A stretch of 64,000 nt of DNA from Acidobacteriota bacterium (GCA_003222675.1 QHWT01000072.1:29110-93109); one strand, 5' to 3'. Positions 10,544 through 19,544 are shown, numbered from the stretch's first letter. The notes: generated by a model not told the origin, from the letters alone. Numbers and translations are program-made.

Positions 10544-11644
10544 ATGAACGATCGTTTGCTTCGCGTCGCACTGCTGGGACAAGGCTTTATGGGAAAGGCC
10601 CACTCGAACGCCTACGCCCAGGCGCCGCATTTCTACGACCTCCCGTTCCGGCTGCGGCGTACGCTCCTCTGCGGCCGCGACAAGACGTCGCTGGCGGCGA
10701 CGGCCAGTCGCTGGGAATGGGAAGAGATCTCCACCGACTGGCGGAGCGCGATCGATCGCAAGGACATCGACCTCGTCGACATCGCGCTGCCGAATTACCT
10801 TCACGCCGAGGTGGCCATTGCGGCGGCGCGCGCCGGCAAGATCGTCCTCTGCGAGAAGCCGCTCGCGTTGTCACTCCCCGAGGCGGAAGCGATGGTTGAC
10901 GCCGCGCGCGGCCGCCGCACGATGGTGTGGTTCAACTACCGCCGCGTTCCCGCTATTGCATACGCGCACGAGTTGATTGAGGAAGGACGGCTCGGCACCA
11001 TCTACCACTATGACGCGGCGTATCGTCAGCAGTGGGGGCCCGATCTCTCACGGGTCGGCTCGTGGAAGCTCGATCGCGCGCAGGCAGGATCGGGCGTCGC
11101 AGACGACCTGCTCACACACCTCCTCGACACGGCGCTGTACTTGAACGGCCCGGTGGCGGAGGCGATCGCCGTCTCGCGCACGTTCGTGCCCAATCGCGCG
11201 ATCGACGATGCGTTCGAGGCGATGATCCGATTCGACAACGGCAGCCTCGGGATGTTCGAAGCAACGCGCTTCGCGATCGGGTGCAGGAATGCCAACACGT
11301 TTCAGGTCCACGGCGCCGGCGGCATGCTGCGGTTCAATCTCGAGCGCCTGAATCACCTCGAGTTCTTCGATGCCACCCAGCCCGCGCTGGAGCAGGGGGC
11401 GCGCGATGTGCTCGTCACGGAGATGAAGCACCCCATCTTCGGCAATTTCTGGCGGCCGGGTCACATCATCGGCTACGAGCATACGTTCATCGCAGCGCTC
11501 GCGGAATTCCTCGAGTGCCTGGCGCGCGATCTCGAGTTCCATCCGGATTTCGCCGACGGCCTTGCTGTTCAGCGCGTGCTCGCCGCGCTGCAGCAGTCGG
11601 TCACTACAAGGCAATGGACGTCGGTCGCGGAGGCGCGGGTGTGA
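10544..11644 (+). CDS. Gfo/Idh/MocA-family oxidoreductase
   Basis: A 366-aa ORF starting with ATG at 10544. It has the Rossmann N-terminus RVALLGQGFMGKAHSNAY, the CEKPLA motif, and a typical C-terminal alpha/beta domain. Confidence 0.85.
   Translation: MNDRLLRVALLGQGFMGKAHSNAYAQAPHFYDLPFRLRRTLLCGRDKTSLAATASRWEWEEISTDWRSAIDRKDIDLVDIALPNYLHAEVAIAAARAGKIVLCEKPLALSLPEAEAMVDAARGRRTMVWFNYRRVPAIAYAHELIEEGRLGTIYHYDAAYRQQWGPDLSRVGSWKLDRAQAGSGVADDLLTHLLDTALYLNGPVAEAIAVSRTFVPNRAIDDAFEAMIRFDNGSLGMFEATRFAIGCRNANTFQVHGAGGMLRFNLERLNHLEFFDATQPALEQGARDVLVTEMKHPIFGNFWRPGHIIGYEHTFIAALAEFLECLARDLEFHPDFADGLAVQRVLAALQQSVTTRQWTSVAEARV
10865..11003. repeat. right copy of the perfect 139-bp inverted repeat (native coding sequence of 10544..11644)
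   Basis: It is the exact reverse complement of 9871-10009. It is in frame and makes sense as part of the intact oxidoreductase. Confidence 0.9.
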
Positions 11645-12987
11645 GAGTCATCGACCCCGTGCTGACGTCGAAGCAGCGGTGGACGATCGTCGGCCTGCTT
11701 TCGGCATCCATCACTATCAACCTGCTGGATCGTCAGGTGCTGTCGGTCCTCGCCTCCGAGCTCCGGACGCAGTTCCACTGGAGCAACGCCCAGTACGGCT
11801 ACATCGCCGTTGCCTTCAACGTCGGAATGATGTGTGGGCAAATCCCGGTCGGCGCGCTGATGGATCGCGTGGGAACGCGGATTGGTTTGACGATGATCTT
11901 TCTCGCGTGGTCCACGCTGAGCCTCGCCCACGGGCTCGCCGGACCCGGCACGCCGATCGAGGCGATCGCGACGGCGCTGATCTCCTGGATCCCGGGGCTT
12001 CCGGCGCTCGCGGCCGGGCTCGCAGGATTTCTGCTGCTGCGGTTCCTCATGGGCCTGAGCCAGTGCGGCAACTACACTGCGGGCATCAAAGCGCTCGCGG
12101 GTCTGTTTCCGGCGGAGACCCGGGCTCGCGCCGGCGGCGTCTTCAATGCAGGCGCGCAGTTCGGATCGGTCATCGCGCCTCCGATCGTCGTTTTCCTGGC
12201 CTCACGATTCGGATGGCGGATGGGATTCGTCGTTCCGGCCATCGTAAGCCTCGTCTGGCTGATCCCCTGGTTGGCGACATTCCCGGACAAGGAGACGATG
12301 GCGACGGCAGCGCTCAAACCCGCCGCTGCTCGGCCGGCCCTCCCGGAGATGACCGCGGCGATCTCCTTGGCGCGGCTGTTCAGGAATCGGAAAGTGCTCG
12401 GGCTATTTCTGATCCGGGTATTCTCGGGCCCCATCACCACCTTTTACTGGACGTGGCTGCCGCTGTATCTGCGCACCGGGCGCGCGATGTCGTTTCTTGC
12501 GCTGGGCTTCTTCGCCTCGGTTCCAAATCTGATCGGCATGGCGGGGAATGTCGCCGGCGGGCTGCTGACCGATCGGTTCGTCCGCGGAACGGCCGACGTC
12601 GATCGCGGCCGCAAGATCGCGTTCACCTGCGCATTCGCGCTGGGCGCGCTCAGCATGACGATGCCGTTCGTGGCGAACAACTATCTGGCGGTCGTGTTGA
12701 TGGGACTCGCGCTGTTCGGCAACCAGTGGGTCGCCGCAACGTATATCGGTACCGTGGGGGATGTCGTACCGCAGCAGCTCGCCGGCCGCGTGAACGGCAT
12801 CGCCGGAATGGGCGATAACGCTGCGGCGCTGCTCGCCGTCCTTTACACGGGACTCGTCGTCGATCGTTACGGGTGGACGCCGGTCTTCATCGGCGCCGGC
12901 ATGTTGCCGTTCTTCGCCATGCTGAGTGTGTTCGGCGTGCTCGGGAGGATCGAGCCAGCACGGTTCGAGGACGGCAGCGTCGCGTGA
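11614..12987 (+). CDS. MFS transporter (anion:cation symporter / hexuronate-type)
   Basis: This is the ORF 11032..12987 trimmed to the ATG at 11614 (a GTG at 11641 is also possible). It has about 12 predicted TM segments, including WTIVGLLSASITINLLDRQVLSVLASEL and GALMDRVGTRIG. Confidence 0.8.
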   Translation: MDVGRGGAGVRVIDPVLTSKQRWTIVGLLSASITINLLDRQVLSVLASELRTQFHWSNAQYGYIAVAFNVGMMCGQIPVGALMDRVGTRIGLTMIFLAWSTLSLAHGLAGPGTPIEAIATALISWIPGLPALAAGLAGFLLLRFLMGLSQCGNYTAGIKALAGLFPAETRARAGGVFNAGAQFGSVIAPPIVVFLASRFGWRMGFVVPAIVSLVWLIPWLATFPDKETMATAALKPAAARPALPEMTAAISLARLFRNRKVLGLFLIRVFSGPITTFYWTWLPLYLRTGRAMSFLALGFFASVPNLIGMAGNVAGGLLTDRFVRGTADVDRGRKIAFTCAFALGALSMTMPFVANNYLAVVLMGLALFGNQWVAATYIGTVGDVVPQQLAGRVNGIAGMGDNAAALLAVLYTGLVVDRYGWTPVFIGAGMLPFFAMLSVFGVLGRIEPARFEDGSVA

Positions 12988-13024
12988 GTGAATCCCACCA
13001 GTTGTCGCGGAAAGGGACTCCGAT

Positions 13025-14284
13025 ATGGATCGACGAACGTTCTTGACGGTCGCGCTCGGCGCACCGGCTGTTGTCCGGGTGGCCAAGGCAGATGTCCGAA
13101 CCGGTTCGCGGCCTGTGCCCTGGACACAGTGGGGCGGTCCACACCGCAATTTTCAAACCGAAGCCAGTGGATTGAAGGACACATGGCCGGCGTCGGGACC
13201 ACGGGTCGTGTGGAAGCGTCCGCTCGGCGAGGGCTATTCATCCCCCTCAGTCGAGAACGGCGTTCTGTACACGATGTACGGCAAGCCGCGCGAAGAGGTC
13301 GTTCTCGCGGCGAACGCCGACACGGGCAAGACGCTGTGGGAGCATTCGAATCCGATGACATTTCAGAGCGGCGCGCCTGAAAAGGGAAACGGACCGTATG
13401 CAACGCCTCTCGTCGTGGGCGACCGCGTCTTCACGGCAGGAGTCGCGGGCCGGCTCCAGTCCTTCGACAAGAAAACCGGGAAGCTCCTGTGGACGCAGGA
13501 GCTCTGGAAGGATCATCAAGGTTCGCAGCTGATGTACGGCTACGCGTCCAGCCCGATCGCGTTTCGCGAAATGGTCATCGTGCCAGTCGGCGGCGCCGGC
13601 AAGGCGCTGATGGCATTCAATCAGGCGGACGGCAAAGTGGCGTGGGCGAGGAACGACTTCGGCAATGTCTACTCCTCTCCGATACTCATCAATCTCGGAG
13701 GGCTCGAACAGCTCGTCGCATTGATGGATGGCGCCGTGCTCGCCGTGAATCCGCACAACGGCGATCCGCAATGGCAGGTGCCCTTCAAGGCGAACTATGC
13801 AATCTCGGTCGCAACGCCGCTGTGGGGCCCGGGCAACCTCCTCTTCGTGTCGGCGGAGTACGACGCCGGATCAAAGGTGATCGAGCTGCAGCGCAACGGC
13901 CAGCAGACGAAGGCCACGGAACTGTGGAGCTCTCCTCGGCTGCGGCTCCATCACGGCAACGCGATGCGGATCGACGACACGATCTACTTCTCGAGCGGCG
14001 GCAAGGGCAGCCAGGCGATTCTGAGCGCAGTCGATGTGCGCACCGGGAAGATCTATTGGCAACAACGCAGCATTCAGAAAGCGACGTTCGTGTGGGCGGA
14101 CCGGAAGCTGATCACGCTGGATCAGGACGGTAATCTGATGATCGCGCACCCGTCGCCGGAAGCATTCAAGATCTCGGCTCAGGCCTCGCTGCTCACGAAT
14201 TTGTCCTGGACGCCGCCGGTCCTGGTTGGCACGCGCTTGTACATTCGCGATCGCCGGAACATGATGGCCGTCGATCTGGGTTAA
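13025..14284 (+). CDS. PQQ-like beta-propeller repeat protein (BamB-like fold), secreted
   Basis: A 419-aa ORF with a Tat/Sec-like leader MDRRTFLTVALGAPAVV. It has repeated propeller blades (GVLYTM..., DRVFTAGVAGRLQSFDKKTGKLLW, ...LYIRDRRNMMAVDL). Confidence 0.75.
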   Translation: MDRRTFLTVALGAPAVVRVAKADVRTGSRPVPWTQWGGPHRNFQTEASGLKDTWPASGPRVVWKRPLGEGYSSPSVENGVLYTMYGKPREEVVLAANADTGKTLWEHSNPMTFQSGAPEKGNGPYATPLVVGDRVFTAGVAGRLQSFDKKTGKLLWTQELWKDHQGSQLMYGYASSPIAFREMVIVPVGGAGKALMAFNQADGKVAWARNDFGNVYSSPILINLGGLEQLVALMDGAVLAVNPHNGDPQWQVPFKANYAISVATPLWGPGNLLFVSAEYDAGSKVIELQRNGQQTKATELWSSPRLRLHHGNAMRIDDTIYFSSGGKGSQAILSAVDVRTGKIYWQQRSIQKATFVWADRKLITLDQDGNLMIAHPSPEAFKISAQASLLTNLSWTPPVLVGTRLYIRDRRNMMAVDLG

Positions 14285-14293
14285 CGGCGGCCG

Positions 14294-15178
14294 ATGGCAT
14301 CGCGCGCACTCGACGCGGAGATCGATCGACTCTATCAGCTGCCACTCGACGAGTTCACGCCGGCGCGTAACGCGCTCGCGAAAGGGGCCGGCGCGGAGTC
14401 GCCGCGGATCAAGGCGCTCGCGAAGCCGCCCGTCGCGGCATGGGCGGTCAATCAGCTGTACTGGCGCAACGTCGACGTGTGGAACGCGCTCATCGAAGCT
14501 GCCGAGAATGCGCGGCGCGCCCACAAGGCGGTGCTCTCCGGGCGCGCGGGCGACGTGCGCGCGGCGAGCAAGGTCCACGATGATGCCGTGGAGGAGGCAC
14601 TTCGAACCACGCTCGCGCTCGTCGCCAACGCCGGTCATCCAGCGTCCGATGCGACCAAGCACGCAATCGCGACCACGCTGCGCGCGCTCCCCGGCGACGA
14701 ACCGCCCGGACGCCTCACGCACGTGCTTCAGCCCGGCGGCTTCGAAGTGCTCACAGGTGTCTCGCTGGCGCGCGGCGCAGCCGCAAAGCCTTCGAAGCCG
14801 GCGCCCGCGCGTGACACCCGCAGCGCGACCAGATTGCCGTCACCTCCGAAGGTCGATGCGAAGGCATTGACGCGCGCCCGCGAAGCGGCCGCGGCCGCTG
14901 CGCGCGCGCTTCGAGACGCGGAGCAAGCGGCGCATCGTGCAGAGTTCGAGATGGTCCGCACGACGCGTGACGAGGACCGCGCGGCCAAGGCCGTTGAAGA
15001 CGCGCGCGAAGCAGTCCGCGAAGCCACGTCTGAGTTGGAGCGCGCCGAAAGGGCCGCAAAGGCCGCCTCAGGCCTGCGTGAGGCGGCAGCGAAGCGTTCA
15101 GATGACGCGAAGGACGCGCTGTCGAAGGCTCACAGCCGCGCGGAAGCCATGGCAGCCGACTTGAAAAAGATCGAATAA
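14294..15178 (+). CDS. hypothetical protein with Ala/Glu/Arg-rich coiled-coil C-terminus
   Basis: A 294-aa ORF with good third-position GC. The N-terminus is EIDRLYQLPLDEFTPARNALAK...PVAAWAVNQLYW. I do not recognise a catalytic motif. Confidence 0.6.
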   Translation: MASRALDAEIDRLYQLPLDEFTPARNALAKGAGAESPRIKALAKPPVAAWAVNQLYWRNVDVWNALIEAAENARRAHKAVLSGRAGDVRAASKVHDDAVEEALRTTLALVANAGHPASDATKHAIATTLRALPGDEPPGRLTHVLQPGGFEVLTGVSLARGAAAKPSKPAPARDTRSATRLPSPPKVDAKALTRAREAAAAAARALRDAEQAAHRAEFEMVRTTRDEDRAAKAVEDAREAVREATSELERAERAAKAASGLREAAAKRSDDAKDALSKAHSRAEAMAADLKKIE

Positions 15179-15287
15179 GGCACGGGTGCGGCGCGGCGCT
15201 GAGCGAGCGTCAGGCAGGCTCAGACAGAGCTGGCTGGCCTCGCGGGCGCGGTGGCGCCGTGCGCGCGAATGCTGTACGTACACGCGA

Positions 15288-15833
15288 ATGACATTCCTTC
15301 AGAAGCTCATGATTCTCACGGTGCTCGCCGTGGTGATAGCTCTGGCCCGACTCACGCAGACGCGGCCGGTGGTGGCGTCGCCAGCCCGCCTGAGATCATC
15401 GCTTGGAGGGTCAGTTGTGCTCTGGCTGACGGTCATAGCCGGAGCGCTCATCATTGTCGGAATTGTGAGCCATACGCTATTGCGTCACTTCGTCCAGGTT
15501 GTGCCTCTCCTCATCGCAATCGGCCTGTCCTTTCGCCGGCCTGTCCTCGCCGTTCAGGCGGCCGCGCCGCTGTTTGCATTCTGGGTGCTCGTCATGGCTT
15601 CGATCTGGCTGTTTCTGTTGGGCATGGCTCGAATTTTTACTGGCACCTTTACGCCCATCGAAATCGCGCTGACCGTCGTTATCGGGACGGCGGCACTACT
15701 AGGGCTTCTCTCGTCGTCTTTGGGAGGACACAGAGCTCTGACTGCGGCGCGGCTCGGAATTGTCGTTGGCTTTGCTGTTCTGCAATTCGCTGCGATGTGG
15801 ATCAGCGTCCAACCGTTCGTCGCGAGACGGTAG
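15288..15833 (+). CDS. small integral membrane protein
   Basis: This is the ORF 15186..15833 trimmed to the ATG at 15288 (MTFLQKLMILTVLAVVIAL...). It has about 6 hydrophobic segments. Confidence 0.55.
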   Translation: MTFLQKLMILTVLAVVIALARLTQTRPVVASPARLRSSLGGSVVLWLTVIAGALIIVGIVSHTLLRHFVQVVPLLIAIGLSFRRPVLAVQAAAPLFAFWVLVMASIWLFLLGMARIFTGTFTPIEIALTVVIGTAALLGLLSSSLGGHRALTAARLGIVVGFAVLQFAAMWISVQPFVARR

Positions 15834-16031
15834 GTCGACGCTGCGGCGGCGAGCGCGGAGCCGACCGGCACAAGCTGACGCCGAGGCTGTGCGAAATCAA
15901 ACCGCCTGAGCACGTTCTCCGTGTCTTCGCGTCCGGTGCCGAGCGCTGAATCGACGACGGTCACCGCGCTGCTGGTCATCGGGAGGAGGGTGTTTCTTGT
16001 CCGCGCTGCGGTTGTCGGGTAGCGTGGTGCG

Positions 16032-17012
16032 ATGCAGATCGTCAAACTGGGTCGCACGGGACTGGACGTCTCCCGCCTGTGCCTTGGATGCATGACCTTC
16101 GGCGTGCCCGAACGCGGCGCACATCCGTGGACGCTCGACGAGGAGCGGAGCCGGCCGATAATCCGCCGAGCCCTTGAACTCGGCTTCAACTTTCTCGACA
16201 CCGCGAATACCTACTCGGATGGGACGAGCGAAGAGATCGTCGGTCGGGCCGTGCGCGAGCTCGCGCGGCGAGACGAGGTGGCGATCGCGACGAAGGTGTT
16301 CAATCCGATGCGGCCGGGCCCGAACGGCGGCGGCTTGTCGCGAAAGGCGATCTTCGCCGCGATCGACGACAGCCTGCGCCGCCTCGGGATGGATTACGTC
16401 GATCTCTATCAGATCCACCGGTGGGACTACACAACGCCGATAGAAGAGACGCTCGAAGCGCTGCACGATCTCGTCAAGGCAGGCAAGGTCCGCTACATCG
16501 GGGCTTCGTCGATGCACGCGTGGCAGTTCTGCAAGGCGTTATATCTGGCGGACTGTCATGGCTGGACTCGATTCGCCACCATGCAGGACCATTACAACCT
16601 GTTGTACCGCGAAGAAGAGCGGGAGATGCTGCCGCTCTGCGCGGCTGAAGATGTCGGCGTGCTCCCCTGGAGCCCGCTTGCGCGCGGACGGCTGACGCGG
16701 GGCTGGGATGAATCGACCGAGCGCGCAAGGACCGATGAGTTCGGCAACAAACTCTACGCGGGAACCAGGGACGCGGACCGCCGGGTCGTCGAGCGTGTCG
16801 CGCACGTCGCCGCTCGCCGAGGCATCCCTCCCGCCGTTGTCGCGCTCGCGTGGCTGTTGAATAACCCGACGGTCACGGCGCCTATCGTCGGCGCATCGAA
16901 GCCGCACCATCTGGATGACGCGATCGCCGCCCTGTCGGTGACGCTGACGGATGAAGAAGTCGCTGAACTGGAGGAGCCCTACATTCCACACCCGGTTCTA
17001 GGATTTTCTTGA
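16032..17012 (+). CDS. aldo/keto reductase
   Basis: A 326-aa ORF with MQIVKLGRTGLDVSRLCLGCMTFG, FLDTANTYSDGTSEEIVG and YVDLYQIHRWD. Confidence 0.85.
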   Translation: MQIVKLGRTGLDVSRLCLGCMTFGVPERGAHPWTLDEERSRPIIRRALELGFNFLDTANTYSDGTSEEIVGRAVRELARRDEVAIATKVFNPMRPGPNGGGLSRKAIFAAIDDSLRRLGMDYVDLYQIHRWDYTTPIEETLEALHDLVKAGKVRYIGASSMHAWQFCKALYLADCHGWTRFATMQDHYNLLYREEEREMLPLCAAEDVGVLPWSPLARGRLTRGWDESTERARTDEFGNKLYAGTRDADRRVVERVAHVAARRGIPPAVVALAWLLNNPTVTAPIVGASKPHHLDDAIAALSVTLTDEEVAELEEPYIPHPVLGFS

Positions 17013-17150
17013 TCGCAGATCGTTCAATTCTGTTGGTGGTTCCGCACAGGCGACCGAGGACTTCCTCCGAGGCCGCGACGGGACTTACTCAGAGGCCAAG
17101 GAGAAACCTACTTTTCAAATGGATGTTCGATGACGCCGTGCCGTCTGAGT
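17013..17150. repeat. intergenic REP-like element (reverse-oriented relative of the 2640 / 36337 family)
   Basis: The reverse complement of 17013-17045 reads CCTGTGCGGAACCACCAACAGAATTGAACGATC. Compare CTGTGCGGAGAAGACAATTGAAGAAGC at 2771-2800. It also contains CAGAGGCCAAGGAGAA-type words. Confidence 0.4.
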
Positions 17151-17151
17151 C

Positions 17152-18120
17152 TCACGATGTCTCGTTTCCCGGATGCGTGGTTTGCTCATCCATGAACTGA
17201 CGCACGATGGAGTCAACGTCGACGTCGCGCTGGAATCCGAGGCGCGTTGCACGGCTGACATCGAATGCTCCCGGCCAGGTACACACAACGCGCATCAGTC
17301 GCTGATCCGGTTCACAGCGAACACGCGCCCGGGCTGCGGCGCCACCGAGCCGTTCAAGGCTGGCGAGCATCTCCGCGGGGGTTACGCACAATCCGGGGAA
17401 GTTCACGGCGCGTTTTCCTTCCAGTGCGGACGTGGAGAGCGATGCGGCGTGCAGCAGATTCGCGGTCACGACTGCGGGCGAACTGACCCACAGGCGGGTG
17501 TCAAGCGGCACCGGGCAGACGCTGTCGATGCCCGCAAGCGGCTCGCGGATGATGCCGCTGACGAACGACGACATTGCCGAATTCGGTTTCCCCGGGCGGA
17601 TCGCGACTGTCGGCAGACGGCACGCGATGCCGTCGACGAACGCTCTGCGCGAGTAATCGCTAACCAGCAACTCAGCGATCGCCTTTTCTGTGCCGTACGA
17701 CGATTGCGGCAAGAGCGCCACATCTTCCGACACGATATCCGGCAAGGCGCCGCCGAACACCGCGACCGAGCTCGCAAAGACGAATCGTGGCGCGCTGTTC
17801 AGGCGCCGGCACGCCTCGAGCAGGTTGCGCGTCGCATCCACGTTGACGCGCATTCCCACATCGAACTCTGCCTCGGACTGGCCGCTCAGTGCCGCGGCCA
17901 GGTGGAATACGACGTCGACATCTCGATCGACTATTGCGGCGATGAAATTCTCGCCAGTGATCGTTCCCGTTCTGGAATCGACGCGACGGTCGTCGATCGG
18001 ACACTTCGTCAGATCGGCCGCCACGATACTCGAAAGCTCCGGCCCGGCGGTCGGCGCGAGCAGCGCGCGAATCAGTCGGCTGCCGAGAAAACCGGCGGCG
18101 CCGGTTACGAGAATCTTCAT
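17152..18120 (-). CDS. NAD-dependent epimerase/dehydratase family protein (D-erythronate dehydrogenase DenD-like)
   Basis: This is the ORF 17152..18132 with the start taken at MKILVTGAAGFLGS (18120). It shows VFHLAAALSGQSEAEFDVGMRVNVDATRNLLEACR, SSYGTEKA and RLPTVAIRPGKPNSAMSSFVSGIIREPL. Confidence 0.8.
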   Translation of the reverse strand: MKILVTGAAGFLGSRLIRALLAPTAGPELSSIVAADLTKCPIDDRRVDSRTGTITGENFIAAIVDRDVDVVFHLAAALSGQSEAEFDVGMRVNVDATRNLLEACRRLNSAPRFVFASSVAVFGGALPDIVSEDVALLPQSSYGTEKAIAELLVSDYSRRAFVDGIACRLPTVAIRPGKPNSAMSSFVSGIIREPLAGIDSVCPVPLDTRLWVSSPAVVTANLLHAASLSTSALEGKRAVNFPGLCVTPAEMLASLERLGGAAARARVRCEPDQRLMRVVCTWPGAFDVSRATRLGFQRDVDVDSIVRQFMDEQTTHPGNETS

Positions 18121-18132
18121 GGAAATCAACAC

Positions 18133-18205
18133 GGTGTGCCCGTGTGCATCTGTGCTTGTCGGTGTTTATCTGTGTTTATCTGTGGCTCATGTTACCGTCT
18201 AGCGC
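18133..18205. promoter_or_regulatory. divergent promoter region with phased TTATCTGTG repeats
   Basis: ATCTGTG occurs at 18148, 18168 and 18178, giving spacings of 20 and 10 nt. GTGTTTATCT is directly duplicated at 18161-18180. The region is TG-rich and lies between divergent gene starts. Confidence 0.35.
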
Positions 18206-18958
18206 GTGACCACACCACACAAGGTGGCTGTCGTAACCGGGGCGGGCAGCGGCATTGGACGGGCGGTCGCGATCGGGTTGCTCGAGCAAGGCTATTCAGT
18301 CGTCCTGGCCGGTCGACGGGCGGAGCTGCTCGAAGAGACGGCGAAGGAGTCCGGCTCGTCGCGCACGCATGCGGTGCCTACTGATGTGACCGATCCGGAA
18401 TCCGTCCGCCGCTTGTTCCAGGCGGCGCGCGACAGGTTCGGACGACTCGACGTGCTCTTCAACAACGCCGGCATCAACGTGCCCGGCGTGCCGTTCGAAG
18501 AGGTGACCGTCGACCAGTGGAAGAGCGTGGTGGACGTCAACCTGACCGGCGTGTTCCTCTGCACTCAGCAGGCGTTCCTGCTGATGAAGACCCAGGACCC
18601 TCGAGGAGGACGTATCATCAACAATGGCTCGATCTCGGCACATGCGCCGCGCCCCAATTCCGCTCCTTACACGGCGACGAAGCATGCGATTACCGGCCTG
18701 ACGAAGTCGACCTCGCTCGATGGACGGAAGTTCGATATCGCCTGCGGCCAGATCGACATTGGCAATGCCGCCACGACGCTGGCCGCCAGGTTCGCAACCG
18801 GTGTGGTGCAGGCAAACGGCGAGATCGCCGTCGAGCCGCTCATGGATGTCGCGCACGTCGTCAACGCGGTTATCTATATGGCGAGCCTTCCGCTCGACGT
18901 GAACGTGCAGTTCCTCACGGTGATGGCCACCAAGATGCCGTTCGTCGGCCGAGGGTAG
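18206..18958 (+). CDS. SDR-family oxidoreductase
   Basis: A 250-aa ORF with [19 protein letters not shown], and a YTATKHA catalytic Tyr-x3-Lys. Confidence 0.85.
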   Translation: MTTPHKVAVVTGAGSGIGRAVAIGLLEQGYSVVLAGRRAELLEETAKESGSSRTHAVPTDVTDPESVRRLFQAARDRFGRLDVLFNNAGINVPGVPFEEVTVDQWKSVVDVNLTGVFLCTQQAFLLMKTQDPRGGRIINNGSISAHAPRPNSAPYTATKHAITGLTKSTSLDGRKFDIACGQIDIGNAATTLAARFATGVVQANGEIAVEPLMDVAHVVNAVIYMASLPLDVNVQFLTVMATKMPFVGRG

Positions 18959-18977
18959 CTCGCAGAGAGAGGTCGTA

Positions 18978-19544
18978 ATGGCAATCAAGTGGAAGGACAT
19001 CGACGAGGCGCTTCGGGAATCCACCAGCAGCAAGAAGCCCGTCCTCGCAGACTTCACCGCGGCACCTGCTTGAGGCGGATGCGTTCGGCTGGAAGCCGAA
19101 TCGTACGGCAACGAAGAGGTTGCCGCCTTCATCCAGCAGCAGTTCATTCCGACGCAGGCGCACATCAAGGAGCAGGGCACCGTATTTCACCGATTCGACG
19201 TCCTGTGGACGCCGACGGTGCTCATCCTCGATCCATCCGGCGTTGAGCGTCGCCGAAGCGAAGGCTACCTGCCTCGCGACGAATTCTTCGCGGAGCTGCA
19301 TCTCGGCCTCGGACGCGCGGCGTTCATGCGCAAGCAATGGTCCGAGGCGGAGCGGTTCTACGATGACGTCATCGAGCAGTTTCCACAGACGACCGGCGCA
19401 GCCGAAGCCGTCTACTGGCGCGGCGTCTGCCGGTACAAGCGGACCAACGATCATACGACGCTGCCGGTCGTGGCCGCCGAGTTCGAGCGGCAGTATCAGC
19501 AGACGTCGTGGGCGAAGAAAGCGTCGATCTGGCGGCGCGGTTGA
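18978..19544 (+). CDS. thioredoxin-fold protein with TPR-like C-terminus, read through an in-frame TGA at 19071 (candidate selenocysteine, or a nonsense mutation)
   Basis: The ATG at 18978 and the stop at 19544 are in the same frame as the track ORF 19218..19544. Translation gives MAIKWKDIDEALRESTSSKKPVLADFTAAPA-TGA-GGCVRLEAESYGNEEVAAFIQQQFIPTQAHIKEQGTVFHRFDVLWTPTVLILDPSG... The TGA sits where the first Cys of the CxxC motif is expected. Confidence 0.55.

Noticed and set aside
9871-11003. The 139-bp inverted repeats interpreted as terminal repeats of an insertion sequence or composite transposon.
   Set aside because: No transposase lies between them. The right copy is native, in-frame coding sequence of a housekeeping-type oxidoreductase, and I see no target-site duplication.
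11032-11613. The 5' extension of the MFS ORF, which would give a 651-aa model.
   Set aside because: The extension overlaps the Gfo/Idh/MocA gene in another frame and is Arg-rich nonsense. The transporter-like sequence begins near 11614 or 11641.
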